From the human T2T-CHM13v2.0 reference genome, Homo sapiens: 64,000 nt of DNA. Made by a program: the position numbers and the translations under genes. The stretch spans positions 3,104,001 to 3,168,000 of the forward strand of contig CP086569.2 of NCBI GenBank assembly GCA_009914755.4. Reading direction: 5' to 3'. The notes beneath the pieces are model-generated. The model had not been told where the DNA came from. It saw nothing but the letters and a program-made list of their open reading frames with translations, and did no database searches. Positions 44,495 to 61,192 of this stretch are shown in pieces; the stretch's first letter is position 1, and each line of letters begins with the position of its first letter.

Positions 44495-47400
44495 TGTTAA
44501 ATCAAGTTTAGCCTAAAGCTGCCTCCTTACATATTTTAAGTTTGTCCTAAAAGTTTCTCTGCACATTGTGAACTATAAAATTGGAAGTGTAAACACATCA
44601 TAGCCTACACTTGTGCCAGTCACCGAGTTTTGCCCAATCAAATGTAGCCAGCTGTTTGAATTGTGTTCAAATAAGGCAAATGCTGAGCTATAGCCAATCC
44701 AGCTCTTTCTGTACCTCATTTTCATTTTCTGTTCGTCACTTTTCTTTTTCTGTCCCATAAATCTTCCACCACGTGGCTGCAGTGGAGTCTCTGAGCATAC
44801 TCTGGCTTGGTAGGCCACCTGATTTGTGAATTGTTCATTGCTCAATGAAGTGGGATCCATAATAGAGTTTCTAACAACCCCCAGGAGTGCTGAGTGACCA
44901 AGCAAGCTACCTGCCAGACTCACTGTGTCCATTGCTCTCTCAGAGAAGCTGGGAATCGTGGTAAGATCTCTGCCGGATTCTGAGGCTCTACGGATTTGGG
45001 TTTTAAGCTCTCTGAGTTTCTTCAAGCAAATTTCTGACCCAAACTGGGTTTGGAAGTCACAATAGAAACTTGACTGGGCGCAGGATCAGATTGAATCTGG
45101 TAATTAACTGGCTTGGATCCAGTTAGAGGCCTCTTACATCTGACTGGGTCAAAGAAACCAGTAGTAAATGGCAATATTGCAGGGGGTGTTAAATTTGGCT
45201 TTGGAAAACTCACAGGAATTTTTGTTTTCTACCCCTTTATTTCATTCTTCTTGTGTACTTAGGCAAAAAATCACTGGCTAAGTTGAGAAGGGGAACATGA
45301 GAGCAAAGTCAATATTTGAAGTAAAAATGGGATCCTTAATTTCTGAAGAACTGAGTTCCTTCAGCTCACACATGCATAAGTATCAGGCCCAGGAAGCAGC
45401 AAAGTCTTATAGAAATGGCAAAATGTTACTAAAGATAACTTACAGTGGAAAACTCCAAAAAAAATGAAGCCTCCCAAATTAGTCTCATCTAGGGATGCCT
45501 AATGATACGCAGAAACTTCTAAAATTTTTTCAATATTTTTATTTAAAGCTTTTACAAAAGGCAAATAAAAAGCTTAAGCAATTAATTAATATAAAAAATT
45601 AAATCTGCTAATTTTTGGCTTAGTTACTATCCCGATCCAAAGGAAATCGACTTCAGTACCAATTAGTTGACTTTTGGTAAGTAGTGGGGTACGTTTGACC
45701 TGGGCAAAGAATGGAATTGAGTTTGAGGCCCAACTTAGGAAGTTTAGATTCCCTCCTAAGACATAGGGAGTTAGAGGCCCTCCCCTCATTAAAATCCCTC
45801 TTGGTTAAAAACGGATTTGGCACTATGTGATGTTAACTCCTATTCTCTTTGGATTAATCGGCCTTGCACTTTTTGCTGATGGCTATGGGTGACAGGATTA
45901 GGCATGTACAGGATCATAGGACATGGGGAACTTTTTTCTCCCCAAAGGGGGAAACTTGAGAGCTTATAGGATTGATGGAAAAGATCACTTCCAGCAAGTG
46001 ACAAGTAGCCACCTGAACTTTTGATTCAGTATCTCTGCAATGGATGGGTCTTTCTCTGGCCTCCCTGAGCTCTTTGCGTTCCCCACCCCACCACAGGCAA
46101 TGCTTTTCTTTATCTCTTTCTCTCCTTTTCCTTTTCTCTTTTTTCTGTTATTCAGGGTGACCATCTTGCCCAGAGACCACATGTTGCAACTCCTCATTGG
46201 AGGCAAAGATGACAGAGCCCAACCAGGGGAAAGATCAAGCCATCCCAGTTTGATATTGGGTGCTAAGCAGAGTAGCTAATGTGTATGCTTTGTCACAGAG
46301 AAGTATCTGTACAGCCTCTGTCACTTGTGACCTATAAAGAAATACGTCACATCATGTATTAGAGAGATTCGGTTGTAGGGGATTAACAAAGAGACTGCTT
46401 AGTTAAGTGAGCAAACTCTATCTAGCTCATTCTTTGATCTATTTAATTTTAGATGGTTTGGTTTATGGGGATCCTAAATAAGGAGCATACTCCAAACTCT
46501 TGGTATTATCCTCCTAATAGTCATAATAGTATTTCTGCTGGTGTGCTGTATTCTCCCAAAAGTTTTAAATGTTTCCATGTAGCAATCTCTAGAATGTCAA
46601 CTGGTCTCTCTTCAACTGCAATGACAAAAGCTGAAAAAAATGTGTGACCATGAGGGAGCCATAACCTATGAATGACACGCTGAGACCGGAAATGCAAAAT
46701 GATGGTATCTGAGAGTGATGCTAAGGCCCCACATTTTGGTCACACTCTTCCCTAAGTAAGAACCTGACCAAAGAGGGGAAATTTTTAAACAAAATTGTGG
46801 GAGGCCATTGTTTTGGACTGAGCTCATGTACTAGGCCCTGGACCAAATCAAAATGAAGTCACTCATGCTAAATGTGGCATAATCAAACTAAGATTTTAAG
46901 GAAACACAAAGATCCTAGAACAGACCCAGTTTTGGGTTTTTTTTTTTCTCCTGTAAACAGGACATTCACGCATAAGTAAGTACCATCTACTCTAACCCAT
47001 AAAACAAACAAACGAACAAACAAAAAACTGAAGGCCTTGTTCCCACCTTGCAAAACCCACTCTTCTACTGTTTTTCAGTAGGTTTCAAGACCAAATAACT
47101 ACGTTTACAATGGTGATAGTGACATCAATGAGCAAAGTTTCAATCAATCTCTCAAAATTGAGAAGATGACCAAAAGGAGGGAATTGTTAAATCAATTTTA
47201 GCCTAAAGCTGCCTCCTTCCATATTTTAAGTTCAGCCTAAAGTTTCCTCTGTAAGTTGTGAACTATAACCAGTGGAAGTATAAACAGACCATAGGTTACA
47301 CTTGTGCCAGTCGCTGAGTTTGGGCCAATCAAATATAGCTAACTGTTCGAACCGTGTTCAAATAAGGCAAACACCAAGCTGTAACCAATCCGGCTGTTTC

Positions 47401-47548
47401 TGTAACTCACTTCCATTTTCTGTACGTCACTTTCTCTTTTTTATTTTTTTTTTGTCAATAAGTCTTCTTCCACCACATGACTGTGCTGGAGTCTCTGAGC
47501 ATACTCTGGCTCAGAAGGCTGCCCAATTTGTGAATCATTCATTGCTCA
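44495..47548 (+). mobile_element. Unclassified LTR retroelement: two ~355-bp direct LTR-like repeats flanking 2.3 kb of non-coding internal sequence
   Basis: The first LTR-like repeat is 44495-44845 and the second 47185-47548. Both start tgttaaatcaa(g/t)tttagcctaaagctgcctcctt and end ttcattgctca, so they have TG...CA termini, and they are about 83% identical. A purine tract aaaaggagggaa at 47172-47183 lies immediately 5' of the downstream copy, as expected for a polypurine tract (PPT). Copy 1 contains a TATAAAA box (gtgaactataaaattgg) and ATAAA. Confidence 0.5.
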
Positions 47549-48740
47549 ATTAAACTCTTTTAAAATTTAATTTGGTGGAGGTTTTTATTTTATCAATGTC
47601 TACAATGGGAAACTTTTCTCAGTAAAAATGGATGCAGTAATATGGGTGGTCTTTCTCTCACATTATGCCACCTTTATGGGGTGAGAAAATAAGAACTTTA
47701 TTCCCAGTAGGATACACAAAATGAGAGCAGTGAATCATAGCAGTGGTAGAGGCAATTTTTGTCAACAAAGAAAAAAGTTTTCAAGTGCAACATATTTAAG
47801 TGAGCATGCACAGGCGAGATAGGTGTAATATAGGTAAACATGATTTTCAGGGCTTGTACAATCAGATTAACAATCCTGCTAAAAATTTCCCAAGCATAAA
47901 TCCTAATATGTGGTGAACATAGAATCTGTGTTACAGAGGGGACACATGAATGTTGATGAACCTGTCTCATGGACAACACCAAAGTCAGTACTATGTTATC
48001 TTACTAGGAGAGTAGAAATTACTCCAGTCAGAAAAAAACCTCTTTCCACAAGAATTTATGAGATGAATAAGCAAACCTATTTCACATGTTAAGATACCAA
48101 ACTTTCTTCATTAAATTTTTATGAAATGCACACATTGCTGTCAATGGTAACAGCAAATTAATTCACCTCCAAAAGCAATATTCCCAATTTGGTGGATAGT
48201 CTCTATATGTTAGCAAATTACATTTGGGTGGTTGGATACATTTCAAGTGGATTCAATAATGAACTTGTATTAGTTGTGAATATGTCATTTCTTCTTAAAG
48301 TGCTACCTAAGATAATAATTCAAAAAGCAAGTGAGACAAAAATTGTAAACTGTTAAAATACAATTACTCAGCATCAAAATAATGAAACAATGTCTCTCAC
48401 TTCCTAATTTCAGTGAAAGTACATATTGTGGCTTACAATAACTACACATTTTGTCTGTGACATTTAAAAATATTTTTATTCTCATTTTGTGAAGTAGTTT
48501 TTATGTACAGTAAAAATTATTTTTTGGAAGTAAGAATTTATATATTGGGGCAGGGGAAAAAAGAAAATATAATACATGCATGCATAGATACAGATAAAGC
48601 AAATGTTGAAAGTTTTAATGATTGGCCAATTCAGGTGTAGGGTATGCAAGGGCTTCATTATCCTAATCTTTTTATGTATATAATTTTAAAGTTTCAAAAC
48701 AAAACATCGAGAAAATACAAAAACAAAACACTATTAAAAC

Positions 48741-51205
<2,465 letters not shown>

Positions 51206-52168
51206 ATAAAACAAAATTTTTAAAATGTTCACATTTTGTTAAGTATAAGTGGATAATCATCATGATTCAATAATTTGAAAACCTTGATGCAGCAAATTAC
51301 TTTGTTCAGAAAACATATTTCTCAGAAAATGTTGTTCAGCCATATTTGTCCTTCTCTAACTCATATTTTTAAAATTAAATATTTCTTTCTTAACTGTTTC
51401 TTACCAATGAACTTTGTTTATAGATAATTTCTTTACTGAAAATAGAATGAAAGTACTTGCAATATATGATGAAATGCCCAGGGGAGCAAGACGACTGAAT
51501 AGAAGCTTCTACCAATTGTCCTCCCTGCAGGAACACCAAATTTCACATCTACACAAAAACGCACATTAATAAGAACCAAAAATCAGGTGAGTAACCACAG
51601 TACCTGGTTTTAACTTTATATCATTGAAGAAAGCACCGAAGAGGGCAGAAAATATAATCTTGAGTTGCTGATGCCACCCCTACCACATCAACCAGCAGCA
51701 GCCCTGTTGCCCAGAGAGACAATCTGTGCTCTAGGGAGAGGAAAAGAATTGTGATTGTGAGACTTTGCATTGGCACTCAGTGCTGTCCTATCACAGTGAA
51801 AGTAACATCACACAGAACTCAGCCAATGCCTGTGGAGGGAGCATTTAGACCATATCTAAGCAGAGGAGAATCATCCATCCCAGTGGCTCTAACTTGAGGT
51901 CTGGCAAGACTAGCCACTGTAAACTAAAGTCCTGTAGAGTACTTAATTAACTTGAAAGGCATTCTAGGCCACAAAGCCTGCAACTCCCAGGCAAGTCCTA
52001 GTGCTGTGCTGGGCTTGGAGCCACTGTACTTTGGGGGCACACAACCTAGTGAGACAATGGAATGGCCAAGGGAATGCTTCCGCCACCCCACTTCCAATAC
52101 CAGGCAACGCAGCTCAAAGCTCTTAAAGAGACTCCTTCCTCCCACTTGAGGAAAAGAGAGGGAAGAGT

Positions 52169-53045
52169 AAAAAGGACTTTGTCTTGCAACATGGAGACCA
52201 GCTCACCCACAGTAATAGGGCACCAGGCAGAGTCTTCAGGTCCCCATTACAGGCTCTAGGTCCTGGATGACATTTCTAGTCATACCCTGAGCCAGAAGGA
52301 AACTCGCTGCCTTGAAGAGAAGGACCCAGTCCTAATAGTATACATCATCTTCTGACTAAAGGGCTCTTGGGCCCTGAATAAACAATCGTGGTAGTCAAGT
52401 AGTACCTGGCATGGGCTTTGGGTGGGACTCTGAGACCTGCTAGCTTAAGGTGTGACCCAGAACATTTACAGATGTGGTGGCTATGAGGACAGACTCCTTC
52501 TGCTTTTGAGAAGCAGAAAGAAAAGGAGTCTTTCTCTTGAACCTCAGGTACCAGCTCAGCCACGGTGAGGTAGAGCACATAGTGGACTTTCTGGGACCCC
52601 AATTCCAGGCTTTGGCTCTTGGATGTTATTTGTGGACCTTTCTTGGGCCAGAATAGAGCCAATTTCCCTGAAGGGTGAATCCCGGGCCTGGCAGCATTCA
52701 CTACTAGCTGACTAAAGAGCCCTTGGACCTTGAGGGTATATTGCTGGTCACCTGGCAGTACTCCCTGTGGGCATGTGGGGATGGAGGGCATGGGGAGAGA
52801 ATCCCCGCTTCTGAAAAGAAGAGGAAAAAGTGAAAAAGACTTTGTCTTGTGGCTTGGATGCCAGCTCAGACACAGACGAATAGAGCAGCAGGTAGAATTC
52901 TAAGGCCTCTGACGCTAGACCCTAGATTCTGGGTAACATTCCTGAACTTGTCCTGGGCCACCATGAACGGAAAAAGCAAGCCTGGCTGATTTCACCACTT
53001 ACTAATCGTAGAACCCTAGGGACTTAAGTGAACAAAGGCAGCAAC
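52169..53045 (+). repeat. Three tandem ~310-340 bp monomers inside the L1 5'UTR
   Basis: The monomers start at 52169 (aaaaaggactttgtcttgcaacatggagaccagctcaccc), 52520 (aaaaggagtctttctcttgaacctcaggtaccagctcagcc) and 52834 (aaaaagactttgtcttgtggcttggatgccagctcagac). They share blocks such as ctgactaaagggctcttgggccctgaa, ctgactaaagagcccttggaccttgag and cttactaatcgtagaaccctagggacttaag, and are roughly 60% identical. Confidence 0.7.
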
Positions 53046-54108
53046 TAGATAGTGATTACAATGGGCCTTGCACAAGACCCAGTGCTGTGTTGTCCCACAC
53101 AGCAGTCCCAGTGATGTTGACCACAGGGGTGGTTGTGTCACCCCTCCCCAAGCTCCAAGCAACTCAGCACAGAGAGAGAGACCCTGTTTGTTTTGGAGAA
53201 AGCACAAGAAGAGAACAAGAGTCTCTGCCTAGTAATTCAGATAATTCTCCTAGATTTTATCCAAGACCACCATGGCAGTACTTCTATAAGTATGAAAAAG
53301 CCACAGTCTTTTTGGGCTGGGGGTGCACTCTGATGCAGATACAGCTTAAGTGACCAAAAACTTAGATAAAAACACCAAAGTCCCTTTGAATACTTGGAAA
53401 GCCTTCCCAAGAAGGACAGGTATAAACTAGCTCAGACTGCAAAGACTACAATAAATACTTAATTCTTTAATGCTCAAAAACTGATGAACATTCACAACCA
53501 TCAAGACCATCCATGAAAACATGACCTCACCAAAATAACTATAGAAAGTCACCAGGGACAAATCCTGGTGAAACAGAGTTCTGTGACCTTTCAGAGAATT
53601 CAAAATGCCTTTATTGAGGAAACTCAATGAAATTCTACATAACACACAAAAGAAATTGAGACTTTTACCAGATAAGTTTAGTAGATATTCAAATAATTAA
53701 AGAGAATCAAGCAGAATTGCTGGAGTTGAAAAATACAACTGTCATCCTGAAGGATGCATCAGAGGCTCTTAATAGCAGAATTGATCAAGCAGAAGAAAGA
53801 AAGAATTCGTGAGCTTGGAGACAGGGTATTTGAAAATACATAGTCAAGAGAGACAAAAGAAAAAAGAAAAAGAAAAATACATACCTATGAGATCTAGAAA
53901 ATAGCCTGAAAACAGCAAATCTAAGACATATTGCCCTTAAAGAGGAGGTAGAGAGAGATAAGGATAGAAAGTTTATTCAAGCCGTTCATAACAGAGAACT
54001 TCTCAAACCTATTAAAAGATATCAATCTTCAAGTACAAGAAAGTTATAGAATGCCAAGCAGATTTAACCCAAAGAAGATTACCTCAAGGGATTTAATAAT
54101 CAAAGTCC

Positions 54109-54438
<330 letters not shown>

Positions 54439-55319
54439 CTAAAAGCAGCAAGAGAAAAGAAACAAATAACATACAATGCACTCCAATAGGCAGCAGACAT
54501 TCAGTGGAAACCTTACAGGCCAGGAGAGAGTGACATGACATATTGAAAGTGCTGAAGGAAAATAACTTCTACCTTAGACTAGTATATCCAGTGAAAATAT
54601 TCTTTAAGCATGAAGAAATAAGGACCTTCCCAGGAAAATAAAAGCTGAGGAATTTCATCAACATGACACCTGTCCTGCAAGAAATGCTAAAGGGAGTTCT
54701 TCAATCTGAAACAGAAGGATATTAATGAACAATAAAAAATTGTCTGAAGGTACAAAACTTACCAGTAATAATAGGAATACAGAAAAACACAGAATATTAT
54801 AACACTTTAATTGTGGTGTGTAAACTACTCATATCTTGGGTAGAAAGACTAAAGGAGGAAATGATAAAAATAATAACTATAAAACCATTCAATACATAGG
54901 GAGTAAAATAAGAATTAAATAGAAACAACAATAAGTTAAAAAGTGGAGGGATTAAGTTAAAATATAGAGTTTTTATAAATTTTCCTTTTGCTTTTTTATT
55001 TATGTAATCAATGTTAAATTTTCTTCAGTTTATAATAATGGGTTATAAGATAGTATTTGCAGGCCTCATGGTAACCTCACATGAAATACATACTACAGGT
55101 AAACAAAATTGAAAAACAATAAATTAAAACATACCACCAGAGACAATAATCTTCCCTGAAAGGAAGACAGGAAAGATGGAAGTAAAGAAGAGAAGACCAC
55201 AAAACAACTAGAAAACAAATAACAAAATAGCAAGAGTAATTCCTTCGTTATCAATAATAACATTAAAAATAAAAGAAACTCTCCAATCAAAATATATAGA
55301 ATGGATGAATGAATTTTTA

Positions 55320-55822
<503 letters not shown>

Positions 55823-56207
55823 TTAAAAGATCATTAGATGCTTCCATGAACAACTATATGGTAATAAACTGGAAAACCTAAAAAAAATGGGCAAATTTCT
55901 AGTCACTTAAAATCTACCAAGATTGAGCCATGAAAATTCCAAAATCTGAGTAGGGCCATAACAAGTACCAAGATTGAAGCCATAATAAAAAGTCTCCCAG
56001 CAAAGAAAAGTCCAGACCCCCATAGTTTCATTGTGGTATTTTATCAAACATTTTAAAAGAACTAGTACCAATCCTACTCAAACTATTTCAAAAAATAAAG
56101 GAAGAGAGGATACTTCCAAACTTATTCTACGAGGCCAGTATTACCGTATACCAAAACCAGACAAAGACACACACACAAAAATGCAGGCCAATACCCTTGA
56201 TGAACAT

Positions 56208-56621
56208 TTTTTTAAAACATTTATTTTAAGTTTAGGGGTAAAATTGCAGACTTATTATATAAGTAAACTTGTGTCATGGGAGTTTGTTGTACAGATTATT
56301 TTTTCACCCAGGTATTAAGCATAGTAACGATTAGTTATTTTTGCTGATCCTTTCCTTCCTTCCACCCTCCACCATCCAAAAGGCCCCAGTGTGTGTTGTT
56401 CCCTTTGATGCGTCCATGTGTTCTCATCATTTAGATTCCACTTATAAGTGAGAACATGCAATATTTGGTTTTCTGTTTCTGTGTTAGTTTGCTAAGGATA
56501 ATGGCCTCCAGCTCCATCCATGTTCCTGCAAAAGATATGAGCTAGCTCTTTTCTATGGCTGCATAGTACTCCATGGTGTATGTGTACCACATTTTCTTTA
56601 TCCATTCTATCATTGATGGGT
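56208..56621 (-). mobile_element. Nested 5'-truncated L1 3'-end (antisense) inserted into the host L1 with a 10-bp TSD
   Basis: The insert starts tttttttaaaacatttattttaagtttaggggtaaaattgcagacttattatataagtaaacttgtgtcatgggagtttgttgtacagattattttttcacccaggtattaagc, the reverse complement of the L1 3' end, and runs to ...ccattctatcattgatgggt. The host sequence ccttgatgaa is duplicated at 56195-56204 and 56622-56631, splitting the host codons for ...[10 protein letters not shown]. Confidence 0.8.
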
Positions 56622-57799
56622 CCTTGATGAAGACTGATGCAAAAATTCTGAACAACATACCAGCAAAACAAATTCAACAACATATTAAAAAGATAATGAC
56701 CAAGTGGGATTTATTCCAGGGATGCAGAAATGGTTTCAGATTGACAAAGCAATCAGTATGATACATTATATTAACAGAATGAAGGAAAGAAATTACATGG
56801 TCATTTCAATTGATACTGAGTAAACATTTGATAAAATTCAACATTCTTTCATTACTCAATCTATGCATTTGATGAAGGCCTAATATCCAGCATCTATAAA
56901 GTACTTAAACAAATTTACAAGAAAAAGAAAACACTAACAAAACCATTAAAATGTAGGCAAAGGACACGAGAAGACACTTTTCCAATGAAGACATACATGG
57001 GGCCAACAATCATATGAAAGAAAGCTCAACATCACTGATCATCAGAGAAGTGTATGTCAAAACCATAATGAGATACTATCTCATACCAGTCAGAATGGTT
57101 AATTATTAAACAGACAAAAAATAACAGATGATGGCGAGATTGTGGAGAAAAAGGAATGCTGATACACTCTTGGTAGGAGTGTAAATTAGTTCAGCCATTG
57201 TGGAAGACAGTGTGGTGATTCCTCAAAGACCTAAAAACAGAAATACTGTTTGACTCAGCAATCTCATTACTGGTTATATACCTAAAGGAATATAAATCAT
57301 TCTGTTATAAAGAAACATGGATGCGTATGTTCATTGCAGCACTATTCACAATAGCAAAGACATGGAATCAAACTAAATGCTCATCAATGATAGACCGAAT
57401 TTCAAAATGTCGTACATATACACCATGGAATACTATGCAGACATAAAAAAGAATGAGATCATAAAAAAGAATGAGTTATTTGAAGGAACATGGATGAAGC
57501 TGGAGACCACTACCCTTAGTAAACTAACGTAGGAACAGAAAACCAAATACTGCATGTTCTCAGTTATAAGTGGGAGCTAAATGATGAAAACACATGGACG
57601 CATAGATGAAAACAACACAAACTGGGGCCTATTGGAGGGTGGAGGGTGAAAGGAGGGAGAGGGTCAGGAAGAATAGCTAATGGGTACTAAGTTTAATACC
57701 TAGGTCATGAAATAATCTGTACAACAAACCCCGATGATACAAGTTTACCTATGTAACAAACCTGCACACATGCCCTTGAACTTAAAAGTTAAAAAAGCA

Positions 57800-60111
57800 A
57801 CTCAGAAAAATCTGAGTATAGAAGGAACACATCTCAACACAATAAAAGCCATACATAACAGACTCACAGGTAGTATCTTTCTGAATGAAGAAAAGCTGAA
57901 AGTGTTTCCTTTAAGATCTGGAGCAAGACAGGGGTGCCCACTTTCACCACTGTTATTAACATAGTACTGGAAGTTCTAGCTAAAGCAATCAGACAAGAGA
58001 AATAAAGGGCATCCAATATGGAAAGGAAGAATTTACATTATCCTTTTTTTGCAGATGTTACAATCTTATATTTCGAAAAACCTAAACACCCCACTAAAAA
58101 TGATTAGAACTGATAAATGAATTCAGTGAAGTTGCAAGATACAAAATCAACATACAAAAATCAATAGCAAAAATCATTAACAATGAACAATCTGAAAAAG
58201 ATTAAAAAACATAATTTTATTTACAATAGCTACAAATAAAATCACATACCTAAGAATTAGTGTAACTAAAAAAGTTATAGATCTCTACAATGAAAACTAT
58301 GAAACATTGATGAGAGAAATTGAAGAGGACACCAAAAGATGAAAAGATATTTTATGTTCATGGTTTGGAAGAATCAATATTGTTAACATGTCCATACAAC
58401 CCAAAGCAATCTACAGATTTAATGCAATGCCTATCAAAATACCAATAATATTATTCATAGAAATTGAAAAAACAATCATGACATTCATACAAAATCATAA
58501 TAGACCCAGAATAGCCAAAGCTATCTTTTTCAAAAAGGACAAAATTGGAGGAATCACATTGTCTGACTTCAAATTATACTACAAACCTATAGTAATGACA
58601 ACAGTATGATGCTGAAATAAAAACAAATGCATAGATTAATGGAACAGAATGGAGAATGGAGAACACACCCATTCATCTACAGTGAATACATTTTTGACAA
58701 AAGTGCCAAGCACATACAATAGGGAAAGGACAGTCACTCTAATAAATCGTGCTGAAAAAAAATGGACATCCATATGCACAAGAATAATACTAGACCACTA
58801 TCTCTCACCATATGCAAAAATTAAATCAAAATGGATTAAGCACTTAAAGCTAAGACTTCTAACTATGAAGCTACAAAATGAAAACATAGGGAAAACTCTC
58901 CAGAACACTGGACTGGACAAAGATTTCTTAAGTAAATACCCCACAAGCGTGGGCAACCAAAGCCAAAATGGACAAATGGGATGAAATAATGTTAAAATGC
59001 TTCTGCACAGCAAAAGAAATAATCAACAAAGTGAGAAGATAACTCACAGAAAAGGAGAAAACACTTATAAACTATCCATCTGGCAAGAAATTCATAACCA
59101 GCATATATAATAAGCTCAAACAACTCTATAGGAAAAAATTTAATAATCAAATTTAAAAATGGGCAAAAGAATTGAATAGACATTTCTCAAAAGAAGACAA
59201 ATAAATGGCAAAGAATTGTATGAAAAGGTGCTCAACATCATTGGTAATCAGAAAAATGCAAATCAAAACTACAGTGAGATATAATCTTACTTCAGTTAAA
59301 ATAAATTTAATCCAAAAACAGACAATAACAAATGCTGGCGAGGATGTGGAGCAAAGGGATTCCACCTACACTGTTGGTGAGAATGTAAATTAGTACAACC
59401 ACTATGGAGAACAGTTTGGAGAGTCCTGAAAAAACTAAGACTAGAGCTATCATACCATCCAGCAATCCCACTTGTAGGCATATATCCAATATCAAAGAGA
59501 TATTTGCACACTCACATATACTGCAGGACTATTCACAATAGTCAAAATTTGGAAACAACCTGCGTTTTCATCAACACCTGACCGGATAATGAAAATATGG
59601 TACATATACACAATGAAGTACTATTGAGCCATAAAAAGTAATTAGGTCCTTCCATTTGCAACAAAATGAGTGGAACTGGAAGTCATTATGCTAAGTGAAA
59701 TAAGCTAGGCATAAAAAGATAAACTTCACATATTCTCACTCATTTGTGGGAGTTGAATATTAAAGTAGTTGAACCCTAGGAGACAGAGTGTTGAAGGATC
59801 ATTACCAGAGAATGCGGAGGAACTGGGGATGGTTAACAGGTTCAAAAAGTAGTTAGAAAGGATAAATAAGACCTAGTATTTGACAGCACAACTGGGTGAA
59901 TGTAGGTTATAATAATTTATTGTTAATTTTAACATAACTAAAAGAGTGTAACTGGATTGTTTGTAACAAAAAGGATAAATGATTGAGGTAATAAATAGTT
60001 CATTTACCCTGATGTGATTATTACATATTGTATGCCTGTATCAATATATCTTATGTACTCCATAAATATATAGATCTTCTACATACCCATGAAAAATTAA
60101 AATGAAAAAAA
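57800..60111 (+). mobile_element. Second old L1, 5'-truncated at the RT domain, running through the 3'UTR and poly-A
   Basis: The translation 57734-57964 reads ...NTIKAIHNRLTGSIFLNEEKLKVFPLRSGARQGCPLSPLLL (RT). 58388-58609 reads [66 protein letters not shown]. 59205-59393 reads MAKNCMKRCSTSLVIRKMQIKTTVRYNLTSVKINLIQKQTITNAGEDVEQ. The 3' end reads ccctgatgtgattattacatattgtatgcctgtatcaatatatcttatgtactccataaatatata...aaaatgaaaaaaaaa. Confidence 0.85.
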
Positions 60112-61124
60112 AACCACTTAAAATGTATAATGAAGCACCATATCTGACAATCAACAAAATATGATCATTGATCCTTGGTCAATTATGGTATATGATGTTT
60201 ACATTGTAACTTAAAATCCTTCATGGAAAGTTGTTACTTACATGCAATAGTAGGCCTAATGGAGAAATTTTTGAAATTTGGAAAATTATTCATTTTCTTG
60301 AGGAAATGTGGTTTGGTAGGATAAAACAGAGGCTTGAAAAAGGAAGATTCACAAGTTTGCTCAACTGTGTACAACATAAATGTTTGTGGGTCAGTTTATT
60401 AAGCACATTTAGGGACTAATTTCACCTTTTAAAATTGGTTTATAACTACCCAATTGCATACTTGGCACATAGTGGAGTTAGTAAATAATATATTTTGTCA
60501 TTTTGTTTTACTATTTGTTTTGACAATTGTTGTGATTATTGCACCTTAGTTTTCTGACACATTTGGCGCTGTTTTCTCACTTACAAAAGAAAGGTCATGA
60601 ACTAGACAATTCTTACGGTTCTTACAGATCCAACATTCTCACTGTAGACAATAGGTCAGCAAATCTACTCTGTAAAGAGCCAGAGGGTAGATATTTTTGG
60701 CTCTGTGCACAGATCATCTGTCTTAACTACTTAACTCTGCTATTATGATGTGAAATCAGCCATTGATAATTTATGAACTAATGGACCTGGCTGTGTTCTA
60801 ACAAAGCCACATTTACAAAAACAGTTTATAGGTCAAGTTGGCCTGTGGGCTGAAGTTTGCCTGCCTCTGTTCCAGGTATTCAAACAGTCAGTAAATTCAA
60901 ATGCCTTTATTTGACAAAATAATTTTGTGTCATCATATTCAACATTAGCTGCTGAGGTCTTTGCAACAATGAGGCTGAAAGTAAGATAATATGACCAATA
61001 GAGAAGGCACTTACTCTCTATGTTGTCACTGAATTATCTTGATTTTGTGGGGTAATAACAAGGAGAGATTATTGTTATACTATGTAACTCTGAAAACAGC
61101 ACTGCTGCCTAGAACCATCACTGC

Positions 61125-61192
61125 TGGTGCTCTTATGATTAAGATTTTCTCTTATGATTAAGATTTGCCCTTATGATTAAGATTTGCGGTGA
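61125..61192. repeat. 22-bp tandem repeat, 3 copies
   Basis: The three copies read cttatgattaagattttctctt, atgattaagatttgccctt and atgattaagatttgcggtg. Confidence 0.7.

Noticed and set aside
44573-45025. 150-aa reverse-strand ORF (MKKLRELKTQIRRASESGRDL...) as a possible retroviral env/TM remnant or a gene
   Set aside because: It spans the boundary between the LTR-like repeat and its internal region on the strand opposite to the inferred element orientation. It has no recognisable env motifs (no CX6CC, no heptad region). I judge it a chance ORF.
52345-52791. 148-aa reverse-strand ORF inside the L1 5'UTR monomer array
   Set aside because: It lies antisense within tandem non-coding monomers and has no recognisable domain. 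ORFs of this size arise by chance in GC-richer repeat units.
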